64,000 bases of DNA from NCBI GenBank assembly GCA_030324005.1, contig JARDVH010000042.1, forward strand, positions 48,719,185 to 48,783,184, given 5' to 3'. The position numbers were made by a program, and so were the translations under genes. The notes beneath the pieces were generated by a model. The model did not search any database. It was not told the origin of the DNA and saw only the letters and a program-made list of their open reading frames with translations. Shown here piece after piece: positions 13,184 to 25,691 of this stretch. Each line of letters opens with the position of its first letter. The first letter of the stretch is position 1. Source of the DNA: Negaprion brevirostris (lineage: Eukaryota).

Positions 13184-13202
13184 TCAATGTTACTCAATAA
13201 TA

Positions 13203-13490
13203 CGTGGCACAGCAGTTAGCACTATTGCCTCACAGAACCAGGGACCTGGGTTAGATTCCCGCTTGGGTCACTGTCTGTGTGGAGTTTGCACGTTCTCCCC
13301 GTGTCTGCGTGGGTTTCCTCCAGATGCTCCAGTTTCCTCCACAGTCCAAAAAACATGCTTGTTAGGTGCATTGGCAATGCTAAATTCTACCTCAGTGTAC
13401 CTGAATAGGTGCCAGAATTTGGCAACTAGGGGATTTTCAGTGCAGTGTTAACGTAAGCGTACTCGTGCCAATAAATGAATACAATAAACA
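13203..13490 (+). mobile_element. V-SINE (HE1-like head and V-domain) with alternative non-CR1 tail
   Basis: Head and V-domain as in HE1. The 3' part ctcagtgtacctgaataggtgcc..actaggggattttc..gcagtgttaacgtaagcgtactcgtgccaataaa matches 20380, 33878 and 55229. Confidence 0.85.
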
Positions 13491-14501
13491 TTACCATTTT
13501 GCACACAAAATCTGGTTATTATAAAATAGACTGAACTCTGTTAAAAGGAAGACACATTTTAAGGGTCAGTCTTTATCTGCAGCACATACTGACATGTAGA
13601 TCACGCTATGTGGCCAGTATAATTTTAAAACATTTGTCATATATATTAGCTTTATTAACCCTACATTATTTCAATCCTGAGAGTCAGCCTGTACTTCCAC
13701 TGTAGAGGCACCGGGTGCCAGTACAGGAATGTCTGAGTTTGCAATCAAATTAACATGGGTGTGTGCTTCAATCTGAAGAAATTAAAATCTAAATCTCTTC
13801 TTTACAAATAACTTCCTACTGGACCTTGAAGGTTTAAAAAATGCTATCAGGCTATCAATCTCATGCGTTGGCTACCTAGTGAAAATTCCAGCCACAAATT
13901 CAGCTCTGCTCTTGTGAGTTTATTTGCAATGGGTGGCCCCATTTACAACCTGCATGAACAGTTGTGTGAATATTTACCTAAATAACAAGGTTGCACCTTC
14001 ATCAACCACTCCCCAAATCCTTCATCCCCATTAACATAACTATTCTTTGCTTGAAAAAAAATTCACATCCTTTCTAGCTGTAAGCTGCATCAGCTTACAA
14101 AATTATCTCCGTTCCTATTTATCATTGCTGTGAGATTTATAATAGTTTCTTTTGAAACAGCAAACCTCGAGGCAGGAAAGCAGCAAAGCATCAAATTGCA
14201 AATGAGGCAGCAAGCAATGGGAAAAAAAGCCAAGGAGTGAGATCTGAGGCGACTGTCATTCAATGTGTTTGAAGGACAAATTTCCTACTGTTCCACCAAC
14301 CCATCCCCTAGCTAAGCATATAATCTTCACTAAGTATTCTTCACAGTATTGAAGAATTAATTCCTTCCAACTCCTGTTCCTGCTCCATCCTGCAATAATC
14401 GTAATGGTTGGTGATCACCAGGTTAACAACAACAACCATTTGTTAATTAATACAAGCTATGTACAAAGTGCTTTAATATGCATCTTCTCCATCCAGCTCT
14501 A

Positions 14502-15009
14502 GGGTTGATTTTGATGGTAAAAGCCTGCGTTCAGCCCCAGAATTCACACTCTTCCACCACATTGAATGTCAGGACACATGACCCTCTAGACACTCGCCTC
14601 TTAAAGGAGCTCGCTACTGCACATCCCTTTTGAGATAATTTATCTTCACTTTGCTATTCCTTTCTTCTTTGTCACCATCACAAAATGAGTCTTCCCTTTG
14701 GGTAGCTGGAGTATCCATTGCTTTTAAGTAGTGGCTCTTTAAATATACCAATTCCCATCCAGTGAAATGCAGATAACCCCAATTGTAATTTTAATGGAAA
14801 ACTGGACAGAGCATACGCTGCATGCACTCTCTGCCCAGCTTTGTCGCATGGTACAGCAGAATTTGGAGCAGAAAGGTGAGTTTAAAATCATTTTTTTGTG
14901 GGGCCAGGAATGCTTCTCAGCTGCCCCAGGGTTTCGGTCAGCACTGGAAAATTGCAGTGGGGATCCCACTTGCTGCCTGCAGCTTGGTACGCACAGCAAG
15001 GCTCAGCCC
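14502..15009. mobile_element. PIF/Harbinger-like non-autonomous element
   Basis: Termini gggttgattttg / caaggctcagccc with flanks CTA/TAA. Confidence 0.4.
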
Positions 15010-16089
15010 TAAAAATAGGCCAAACTTTCCTTGGCAGGACTGGGTGATGAGTCTGTCAACAATCTTAGAATCAACATCTTCTCATCTGTCATTAATTGGA
15101 TGCGTATTTATCTGTTGCATCATACTCTGTATTGTAGCAAGTTAAAGTGCTGGTTGAAATTTAAAAGTTTTATGGTATGGATATGTGGCCTTATGTCTTA
15201 AAGGGAGGTCATGTTGATGTAGACACAATTATTTATAGCTGATTAGAGAAAAAGATAAAATTTTGGCTCCTTATGTTAGTGCAAAGTAGGAACTGGTGAA
15301 ACAATAGTCAGTTTTACATTGCTGCCAGATTTTATTTCCTTTCACATCACAATCACCTGTTCTACACTGTTGCACAAAGCCAGAATTACCCCAGAGTTTA
15401 ATCCAACATGCATAAAATTGCTTTGTAATGACAAATGTTTAAATAAAAATTAGTTCAAATTGGCAGTGTACCAATGTGCTTGTATCAGATTACAAGGAGG
15501 GAATTGCCCAATCACTATTACAGCGGCTGTGTCGTATACTAAGTCATTATGTCAAACTTTAGCCCTTTCTTTTTTGCTTAATTTGGCACACCTTCAGTTG
15601 AATGATTCATGTGGTACCCATATCTCTGTGTTTGTACATTTGCCTAATAAATATTTCAGATATTGTAACTGTGTGATTGAAAAGGACATGCAACAATTGA
15701 ATTGAAAAGACAACCCAGATGGCAGTCAATATTGTCTGCACTTTTGCTTGTTCCTGCCAGTATTTCAATTATGCTCCAGGGACAGAANNNNNNNNNNGTC
15801 AAAGCAGACAATGAATAAACTTAGAAGTTGGAGGTGTGTGCTTAGAGTCTGACTGGCCCACAAATTAAAATGAAGAATTTGTTCTAGCCGATATCCGAAG
15901 GCATTCAGACAATGCCGCATTTCAAAGAACACTCTTAAGTTACATGTCAAAAATGTAATCGAATTTACTCGTTTAAAATCAATCTGCAATTGTTACATTT
16001 TTTCCTTTGCTATTTATAACTAAAGCAACAACTTTCACTGATATGTATTTGTCCCTTTAATGAAGTCAATTGTGTAAAGGCAGTTCATT

Positions 16090-16770
16090 AAAGAATTGGC
16101 AAAGAAACTTTAATGTCAAGCCACCTAAGGAGATACTAGGAAAGGTGACCAAAACTTTGAAGGAAGAGACATATTTTAAAGATTATGTTAAAGAAGAGAG
16201 AAACAGAGAGGTTCAGAGAATGAAATACAAAACTTAGGACGTAGGCAGCTGAAGGCAGTACTGCCAATGGTGCTAGAAATTGCAAATGCGCTAGTCTTCA
16301 GAATTGGAGGAACACCGTGATGTTGACAGGTTGGAACAGACAACAGAGATAGGGCACAGTGAGGCCAATTAAGAATGAATTTGAAAACAAGGATGAGAAT
16401 TTTAGTAATAATGATGACCAGGAATAAATGTATGGAAGCAAGAGCAGAGGTGATCGGTGAATGGGCATTGTCTGAGGGTTAGGAGACAGGCAGCAGAGTT
16501 TTAGATGAGCTCAAGTTTACGGAGAGTGCAAGGTGGAGAGGCAACCAGGAGGGCATTGGAATTGTCAAGTCTAGGGGTAACAAGGAATGGTTGAGAGTCT
16601 GAGCTGAGAGAAGGTGGAGAAAATTGATCTTATGGAGGTGAAAGGAGCCAATCTTGGTGTTGGATATGATATAGCATCAGCAGCTCACCTCAAGGTCACA
16701 TAAGACACCAAGGTTGCAAACATTCTTGTTCAACTTCAAAAGTAGCCAGAAAATGAGATGGAGTCAGTGG
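16090..16770 (-). mobile_element. L2-clade LINE, 3' fragment
   Basis: Purine-rich reverse complement of the L2 3' region (tttgaaaacaaggatgagaattttag; ggcattggaattgtcaagtctaggggtaacaagg = FVTPRLDNSNAL on the minus strand). Confidence 0.75.
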
Positions 16771-17119
16771 TGGGGACCTAAGATAACATTTTCTGGCATA
16801 TTCAGGATTAATGTGGGACTGAGTACAGTACCACCCACACACTGATATAAGGGAACACATGACTCATCTATGGGCACATCCATCTCCACATCAAGTCTAG
16901 TGTTGGACAGGGTTGTGCGTGTGAGCAAGCATGGAGACAGCTCCTAGCTTGAACCCTGTTCTATGTACATGTACATAGAACTTCTAGTGAACAAATACAT
17001 TTAACCTACCTAAGACTACAAAGACTTCACGAAGACCTACCAAACATTATCCAGCACACTAAAACAATTTACAAAACTGCTAACCCACAAATGATGTGAT
17101 GGGACTTGGTAACAGCAGG

Positions 17120-17934
17120 AAATCTAGATTTTTCCACTNNNNNNNNNNNNNNNNNNNNNNNNNNNNNNNNNNNNNNNNNNNNNNNNNNNNNNNNNNNNNN
17201 NNNNNNNNNNNNNNNNNNNNNNNNNNNNNNNNNNNNNNNNNNNNNNNNNNNNNNNNNNNNNNNNNNNNNNNNNNNNNNNNNNNNNNNNNNNNNNNNNNNN
17301 NNNNNNNNNNNNNNNNNNNGGGGGATGCGGGCTGGAAACCATTGAAGCCCTTAGGTGATAAATGCATGGCCAGGTAGTGCTGGTCAGACACTGCCTACCT
17401 GGCAGTGCCCACCGGATGCCTGGTAGTGACCAAGCACTCCAGCAGTGCCAGTTGATCCTGCCAGTGTGCCAGAGGCAGTGCCAAAGGGTTGGATCATATC
17501 TGGGGTCAAGATGGGAGGGGGAGAAGAACGTTGGGGGTCATGATGGGGTACATGTTAGGGTCATAATGGGCAGGTGCATGTTGGGGGTCAGGCAGGAGTA
17601 TACATTGGGAGGGCCTTGATGCTGGTGACCCATGTCAGGGAAGGGATGGAGAACATGCTGCAGATGAGGGGGGGGGGTCCCGATCTCCATGAAGGAGAGA
17701 AGGGGTCTCCCACTGCAATATGAGATCAGGACGCCCTAGCGAAATAGTGCCCAAGCACTCTGATGCTGGGCTTACTGGCATGTTAAGGCCCCGTCCCTCA
17801 GTTCTGGCACAGAATTCCTAACTCTCCAAAAAAGTGATTGAATGTGGGAGGATTGCAGTGCAACATGCACCTGAGAGACTGGCGCGGATCAGTCCATTAT
17901 TCTCACCATTATGATACTTGGGAGAATTCTGCTC
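17120..17934. mobile_element. PIF/Harbinger-like non-autonomous element (gapped)
   Basis: Ends ggagaattctgctc. Its ggcagtgcc-rich interior is shared with 29730-30740. Confidence 0.45.
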
Positions 17935-18519
17935 AGTATTTAATTCCTCTTCGGTAACACCCTTCACCTTGATAAACAGGAATTTATCCATGCAATATTC
18001 CACAGAAAAAACTTATTTTCAATTTCCAGAAAATATTGCACTATGAAAACAGACAGCCTGGTCTGACAACAGAGTGAAATGAATTCTCTGAGCTTTTAAG
18101 TGCAGATGTCAATTTGAAAGTGGTCACTGGCTGAAGCAGAACAAGTTGTTTAATTGATATAATCCCATGAGGAACCTTCTATAACCCCAGTTAAACACTT
18201 CATGTTACACTGAAATTGATACACTTAATCTAAGATAGCATATTCTGTCATTGCCTTATTCCAAATATAAAAAAAAGTGATGTAAGCCAAGATCCTCCAA
18301 TGTAACTCTACACCTACCTTATTTTATGCTTTCTTTACACTGACAAGCGGGTGCACATGTAACATAAGCATGAGGATTCATTACTGCAAATGTTCGCAAG
18401 TTTGAAAACATAAACAGATGAAAATATTGTTAATATCCTCTGAATTTATAGCATTTAATTAATCCTCGCTAATCCTCAGAATCTACACTTTAGCCTCTGT
18501 ATTCATATATATGGTGAGA

Positions 18520-18830
18520 CTTGTGTGGAGATAGTCGCATGAGTGGTGGCAGCTTCTGCTACCCCACACTGTTGGCTTGGATCTAGATAGTGAGTGCTAG
18601 TTTGGTACAGGATCACGCAATTTCAACCAAGCTTGACTCTGTCTTCATCTGCTGACTAACGATTAGAGTTTACTGGATAAACATCTCAGAGCAGGAGATG
18701 TTTCTCCTCTCTCCAGTCCAAAGACACTGAGACTGATTGTCATGCTGCTGCAGCCAAGGTCAGCTGGTTCAATGCAAGTCGGTTCCGGGACCTCCCTGAT
18801 CAGTCACGCAAGGCGTGAGCCAAGTCACCA
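18520..18830 (-). mobile_element. Old SINE-like repeat, unassigned (related fragment at about 16785-16995)
   Basis: Minus strand gggaggtcccggaacc..cagctgaccttggc..cagtctcagtgtc..ctcctgctctg resembles a tRNA-headed shark SINE. The match is weak and diverged. Confidence 0.35.
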
Positions 18831-19032
18831 GCGGCAGTCACAGGATTAAATCGTCTGACAACAAATACCAATGAATTTGGCCACGTGAACACATTCAGCA
18901 AATAGGCCATCGCAACAAGCTTCAATCTCCACTGCTCACAAAGATTTACTTGTCAACTGTTTACAGTCAAATTGAAATCAACTGATGATCTAATTTACTG
19001 ATTTAAAGACATAAAACACAAGATCATTAGCA

Positions 19033-19366
19033 AAGAATCACAGAAACCCTACAGTACAGAAGGAGGCCCATCGGGTCTGAACAACAACAATCCCACCCAC
19101 CCCCATCCCCGTAACCCCACGTATTTGCCCTGCTAATCCCTCTAACCTACACATCCCGGGATGCCAAGGGGCAATTTAGCATGGTCAATTAACCTAATCC
19201 GCACAAGTTCGGACTGTGGGAGGAAACTGGAGCACCTGGAGGAAACCCACGCAGACACGGGGAGAATGTGTAAACTCCACACAGACAGCGACCCAAGCCG
19301 GGAATCGAGCCCAGGCCCCTGGAGTAGTAAGGCAGCAGTGCTAACTACCGTGCCACTGTGTCGCAT
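19033..19366 (-). mobile_element. HE1-type V-SINE, near full length, CR1-derived tail
   Basis: Complete head (AGTGGCACGGTAGTTAGCACTGCTGCC..GCTCGATTCCC), V-domain and tail on the minus strand. Confidence 0.9.
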
Positions 19367-20379
19367 ACATTATCTTGTAATAATTTGCAATTTTAATCAC
19401 CATAACAGCATTGTTGACTATAATTGCTTTCTTTCACTGTTCACCTTCATGTAATTTAAGTATTCATTAGTCTACATCAATGATAATAATGTGCTGCCAC
19501 ATTATTGGAAGATACTTCGAATGCCCACTGAATTGTGGAAGTAGCAGTCAGCTTGCCTCAAGTCTAAGTGGGCATTTAATTGTGGTTCGCTGCTGCAGTT
19601 TTTGCCACTATAGAAGAGGTGAGAGAGTTCAATAAAGAGGAAAAAGAGATATATATGAATTTAAGGCAGAATCCTCCTAACTTGCAGCTGCTCACCTCCT
19701 ACTCATCAGTCACATAGCAGCATGAGTAGGAGGAGGAAACCCTGTCTGTGAATGGATGTGATATGGATCTCCAAAGTGGAAAAAGGTATAATTAAAATTT
19801 GCTCTCATAAACCACTGAAAGGTGATAGATTTTATTTATTTTACTGGAATACTGTACAAATTAGTACCAGCCTTTAGCATGTCTTAACACATTAACACTA
19901 GCAGGAGACCAGCTGAATGCAGAGGATCACAATAACACTGGCTCAGTGACCTGCTTCATTGCAAATTAACTTAGAAACAGATGTTGGGCAGATGTGTTAG
20001 TAACAACCCACACTACTGTTTTCTCTTGGCATCTCTCTCATTGTAAACAGCACAACAACAAACAACATTAACATTGAGGGCACTCTTTTCTTTCCAACTG
20101 CACTTGAGAAAGAAATTTCCTTTCATTTGGTGGAGATTATTTCTTAATAAACTTGTCCTCACAATTATTAATGCTCAAGCGTGAATGTTGTGACATATCA
20201 GTAGAGGGAAAATGAGATGTTACAATGAGGTACAATTCTCACTTTCTATCTGATCTTGCATCTGAGCAGATCATTCAAATGAAAGCCTTCTGATTCCGTT
20301 GTCTGCAATGCCCTGAATTCAATCTGCATTGGTTGCAAGCCCACTGCAATAGTGACATTACCTTAATCATTACTTTAAT

Positions 20380-20685
20380 GGGCAGTATGATGGCACAGTG
20401 GTTAGCACTGCTGCCTCACAGTATCAGGGACCCAGGTTCAATTCCCAGGTTGGGTTATTGTCTGTGCAGAATCTGCATGTTCTCCCCGTGTCTGTGTGAG
20501 TTTCCTCCGGGTGCTCCGATTTCCTCCCACAGTCTGAAAGACGTGCTGGTTAGATGCATTGGTTGTGCTAAATTCTCCCGCCGTGTACCCAACAGGCGCC
20601 AGAGTGTGGTGACTAGGAGATCGTCACAGTAGTTTCATTGCAGTGTTTCTGTAAGCCTACTTCTGACACTAATAAATAAATTGAA
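20380..20685 (+). mobile_element. V-SINE with alternative non-CR1 tail, full length
   Basis: gggcagtatgatggcacagtggttagcactgctgcctcacag head, V-domain, and tail ..ttcattgcagtg..gtaagcctacttctgacactaataaataaa. Confidence 0.9.
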
Positions 20686-20699
20686 ATCAATAAGGACAG

Positions 20700-21235
20700 A
20701 AGGTCATAGTTTGCTGCTCTGCTTTGAAGCAGATGACCAAAACACAGCAAGCTTCTGACATGCATGAAGCAGTATGGGCTATTTCTGTTGGATCTTCTGT
20801 GCCAACCTTCATTTAGTGTGAAAGTTAAGCTCCTGCACTGGAAGAGGTGAAAACCTGCCTCAGAAGGTAGGGTTTCAGGAAGACTAGTGGCCAGAATGAA
20901 AGGGAGAGGTACGAAGATAAATACCCTAATCAATTTTTTGATGTTTGAAAAATTGAACTCCCGGTGCATGCAGTGGGTACAGGAGGATTATCTTGTCCAC
21001 TCCTGTAGAGTAACTTCTCCAAAGAACAACTGTGGAGCATGCCTATCAGGTGGTGATGACTTGGTTTGCCAATGTGTGACCTATCCGCATGACCGAGGAA
21101 ACAATACATAACATCCCTTAAGGAAGCTACCATGCTAAGATTGCAAAACAACACTAGACCAACTATAATCCAATTGAATGGCAGAGCAAGTTGACAGGGC
21201 TGAATTACTATGCCCTGTGTACAATTTATCAGACA
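20700..21235 (+). mobile_element. Highly degraded CR1 3' fragment
   Basis: Ends in the CR1-like tail gaatggcagagcaagttgacagggctgaattac. Similarity upstream is weak. Confidence 0.35.
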
Positions 21236-22859
21236 GATCGCCCAGGTATGTATGCCCCAAGATAAAATGGTTGATCTACCTGATCACCAGCAGACTCTTC
21301 TTCCAGGCTGGTAATGATGAAAGGATCACATGTTTGACACATGTTTATCTCAAAGTCAAGTCTTCAAATTGAGTTTGTGTTACAAGATTGTGTACAATGA
21401 TTTGTATGATTGTGTATATATCTGTGGAAATGAGTTAAACTTGATTTTAACACATATGAGCAGGGCAGTCCTAACCCTCAACTTGGAAAAGATTGGTGAA
21501 TGGAAGCTTTTCTAAGAGCATGAAGAATCTGTAATATCTGAGCCATCTTCCAGTTTAGATCTACTCTCGTCCAATATATCATCTTGTTGCTATGCAAACA
21601 AGAGTGACGGTCTTGAATTGCTGTCAGCTGGGGAGCACATGTTGGCCTTATGAAGTCCTCACTCAATCCTACGGTCCTTTCATTACTAATCAATGCAATT
21701 CATTTTGTATCGCTGAAGGTGAAGCATTGCCCCGCAGCCATGGACTGACACCACAGAGGAGCTACAGATTGGATACACTGTTGTCATATTGTGCTCTCCT
21801 CAAACACTTCACTCTCACACGTGGTCAATCCAAACATTTATCATGAGAATGGGCATCGTCCTGTCAAGCAATTTCCCTAACAACAGCCTAGTATACATTT
21901 TAGCTACATTTGCCTTATTTCCAAAATACTAGTTTTACTTTTACCTCCTCCTGCCAAAAATGATACTTACATCTAAATAAACAATAGAGGTTTTCTATGA
22001 AGAATGGAGCCATGAGTCTACAATCCCAGTGCAGAGCACTAATGCACACGCCTAGGGTCCTGTGACAGTACCTTGGCATACTGGTCCATTGGTTCCATGA
22101 TCATCAGCCACAACTCTAGAAGCAACTCATCAGTCTGGAATGAACTTTATACATTTTAACAAAATAAGCTTGAGGATAAGAATGGATACAATCATTGGAA
22201 ATCAGCATAATTCCATGTAAGTGTCTGTGTTTTATTGGTTACTTATGAATTCTTCCACATTTATAGGATTTAAGCAATCCCAGCTTTTAGAAACTACCAT
22301 AGTTTGTTATCTTTAGGGATTTTTTTAAGAAAGGGGTCTACTAAGATGGTCTCCATTGAAGAATATAGCAACTAAACTATTAAATAGTAAGACATTGGAG
22401 CTTCTTGGAGTTCAAAATGATTTTGTATGGAGTTTATTGCATGTTACAGCCAACACGTAGCAAAACTAAGTGACAATACTCTTGCCTCTCAGACACCGGG
22501 AAATAAAAGGCAAGTGAGAACAGATGAAATCTCCACAGGTACTTTGACACAGGATGAGATAGAATATCCAGGCCTCACAAAGAAGACAATCACTTACAGA
22601 GTTGTCATATGTCACACTTATTCAAAGAATGCTATAAACATTAACATTTTGGCTCTAATTTTTTCTGTATTTCTTAACTAGGAGAATACACTAAATTCTG
22701 TTTTGGGACTGAATGTTGGTGCAACAGTAAGAGACTAACAACCTGTACGTGCTGGATACCAGTTGTATATAACATTTGAATATAAAAACTTATTCTTGGT
22801 CTATGTACTGCCAGAGAAGTTACATTATTGTTCCAATTTAGACAATATTGAAAATCAAG

Positions 22860-23072
22860 CAAGAGTGGAGACACGTATAGATCAAAGTCTCCTTTCTCTG
22901 TAGGATATCAGGGAACCAGCTTTTGTGGTCATTCATTTTTTTATACGAGCCCATAATTACAGATTTACGGAATGCAATTTCACAACTTTTCAAAGTGGGA
23001 TTTAACCTCAAAACCTGTACTACAATATCCAAATCCCACAGGTACACAAATGGAATTGTTAATGCCACCAAA
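22860..23072 (-). mobile_element. Degraded copy of the 24965-25345 SINE family
   Basis: ctcctttctctgtaggatatcagggaaccag resembles the reverse complement of the ctggttcactaatgtcctttagggaagg block. Confidence 0.35.
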
Positions 23073-24029
23073 TATTATCCAGGGTGTGCAAGATTCCCAT
23101 AAGTGAATCAGATGCCAATCTTCCTAACCCTCCTGCTCCTCCCCAAAAAGACAGATGCCAATTAGTGAAAAAATAATTTGTTGATATCCCCTTGCTGGCT
23201 CAAATGCCTTTCCATGACAATTTAATTTACAGCCAACATCCAAGTATGTGAGGTATGTGAGCATAACCTCAAAATTACGTTTAATTGGATCTGCCCATTA
23301 TTGTCCTTAACTTCCATCACTCCAATGGCACCCTAAATGCTTTGGCAATTATTTAGGTATGTGTTGAAACTGTGATCTTGCAATTTCTGTGGATGAAATT
23401 TTCAATTGTGCATCAGCAAGATTGCCTATAACTGAAAGCAACTGCCCAGTGTCACTGCACTCGCTCTTTCATTACTTATAGTCAGATTGCAACAGTATGA
23501 GGATTCTTTAAAATACTCTGATAAGAAGTTTTTATAAAGCAAGAGTTTAAAATGACAAAGATCACATAAAACCGTCGGAATATGAGAACACTGTGCCACT
23601 GCCTGGAGCAGCAACTTATTCGCCAAGTTGCCAAGAAATCTAATTGAATTTCATCCCACCATACAAACAGCTTTTCTTTATTCTGTAGTTGGGAACAACA
23701 TCAAAGTCATTTCTTTGAATGTTAAATATATTCTCTGTTTTTAAAGTTGAGACTGTGCACCTGGGCAAATATAACTGCAATTATGTCAAATTAATAATCT
23801 TGCCAAGATTGTTAAAATCTACAAAATGATAGAAATTCTACCACAAACAACATAGAAAATTATACTTGGCGACCAGATCTATCATTAACTTCTAAAATAA
23901 ATCCAGAGAGAAGAATGGTATGTCTCTTACATCTTCAACGTCTTAACCACATTGGAATTGCATTAATTGGAACTGCCATTTGCTGTAATTAGGCCACTAG
24001 TGGGAATAAGACACATCAAGCAGTGTTGT

Positions 24030-24290
24030 CAAACTATATTGATAGTGGAGGACAGGAACAGCAGTGGAAGCATTAATGGAGGGCAGTTGGAGACTTGGGG
24101 GGAAAAGAGTCCAAGCTTGTTCTATGAGAATAGATGCATATACTTGAATGAATTGGAGAAGAGTTCCAGGTTGAATTAATGGAAGAAATGCAGAAGCTTT
24201 CAGCTTGAAGTGGGAGAAGAGTTAGAATTTTAAAGCTCTGGAAAGAGAGAAGATTGGAATGGTCAGTTGTGATGATGACATACATGGATG
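24030..24290 (-). mobile_element. Degraded L2 RT fragment
   Basis: Purine-rich on the plus strand. Minus-strand SNLLSFQSFKIL resembles the RT-proximal NYRPISNLPFLSKILE motif. Confidence 0.4.
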
Positions 24291-24964
24291 CCAATATATG
24301 CCCACAGGTATGTTGTGTTTCTAATGGTGGTGAAGGCTGACTGCATACAACTGTTTCATAAGGCCACACATACTTTGAGTTACTTAGCCCCTAAGATGAC
24401 CAGTGGACATGGCCCACAAACACAGGACCAAACACATCATGCCTTCATCTTTGACAAACTGATAGGTAAACAGAAACAATATAAACAAAGATGAAACATG
24501 TCTGGGTGAGCTATTTTTAAACACAGTAAAAGAGAATAATGTTACTGTCAGTCAGAATCTGACGTCACGATACAGAATAATTGGAGCCTTCAGCTGTGTT
24601 GGTATTGCTATGTTTTGCAGCCCTTGAAGGGATCAAGGAAAAGAATGGGATCTTTCACCATGTAATTTCCTTTTCTGCTTTTTACATTTTTATTTATTTT
24701 GTGCTGTTCTAAAGTAAGTCATTAAAATTAATACAAAACTTGTGATGAAAATTTGCAGTCCAAGAATCAGATTGTAATTTCGATGCTTCATGTCAGATTA
24801 GGATGGTCAGTATTGCGTAACCAGTGACTTTGATTGTTCAGCTTACCCAACTTTCAAAGGAAAAACGTATGGGATAGTTTATAAGGCTGGTGAGAAGTAT
24901 TGCTGGAAGCCATCAACTACAACACATTTGTCTTTTCTTACTGATACAATGTTTGGCTGCTATA

Positions 24965-25345
24965 AGGGAGGTGATAGCCTAATGGTATTATCGCTAGACT
25001 ATTAATCCAGAAACTCAGCTAATGTTCTGGGGAGCCAGGTTAGAATCTAGACATGGCAGATTTTGAATTCAATTTTTAAAAATTTGGAATTCAGAATCTA
25101 CTGATGGCCATGAAACTATTGTTGATCGTTGGAAAAATACAAATGATTCATTAGTGTTCTTTAGGGAAGGAAATTCGCTGTCCTTATCTGGTGTCGCTTA
25201 CATGTGACTCCAGAGCCATAGCACTGTGGTTGACTCTCAGTTGTCCTCTGAAATAGCCTAGCAAGCCACTCAGTTCTTGGGCAATGAGGGATGCACAATA
25301 AATGCCGGCCAGCCAGTGATGCCCATGTCCCACAAATGAATTTTT
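24965..25345 (+). mobile_element. tRNA-derived SINE, full length (SlmI/MetaSINE-like central block by recall)
   Basis: A-box tagcctaatgg, B-box-like ggttagaatc, central tttagggaaggaaa..tccttatctgg..acatgtgactccagagcc..gtggttgactctc..ctctgaaatagcctagcaagccactcag, and tail gggatgcacaataaatgcc..gcccatgtccc. Confidence 0.8.
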
Positions 25346-25691
25346 TTTAAAAGTTTCTCTTTTTATTTTGACATTTTCTCAATGTTGACTTAATTTCTTG
25401 TCTCCTTCTTGCCAATTTGCATTTTACTGCTCTCTCATATTCCCAACTAGCTACCTTTCCAGTCTTTCTAACATCTGATTCCTAAAGAAAGTTTGCGATT
25501 AGACTGCAAACTGCTTCAAAATTCTGGTTTATTTCCGAACCTGAGAGAATTGCATAATTCACATCTCCATTGTAGCTTGCATTAAACCTACACATTTCAG
25601 ATTGGGGTTTATGTTTTCACACAAAATCTTTACACCTTCAACGTTAATCCAGTTTTTTTTCCCCAAATTTTCCCCAAAAAGAATCCATGTT

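Noticed and set aside
18520-18830. Assignment to LF-SINE
   Set aside because: It does not match the LF-SINE consensus as I recall it, so it is left unassigned.
20380-20450. tRNA-like sequences (also 7365, 24965, 35899 and other SINE heads)
   Set aside because: Pol III A/B boxes run directly into SINE bodies with no complete cloverleaf, so these are not tRNA genes.
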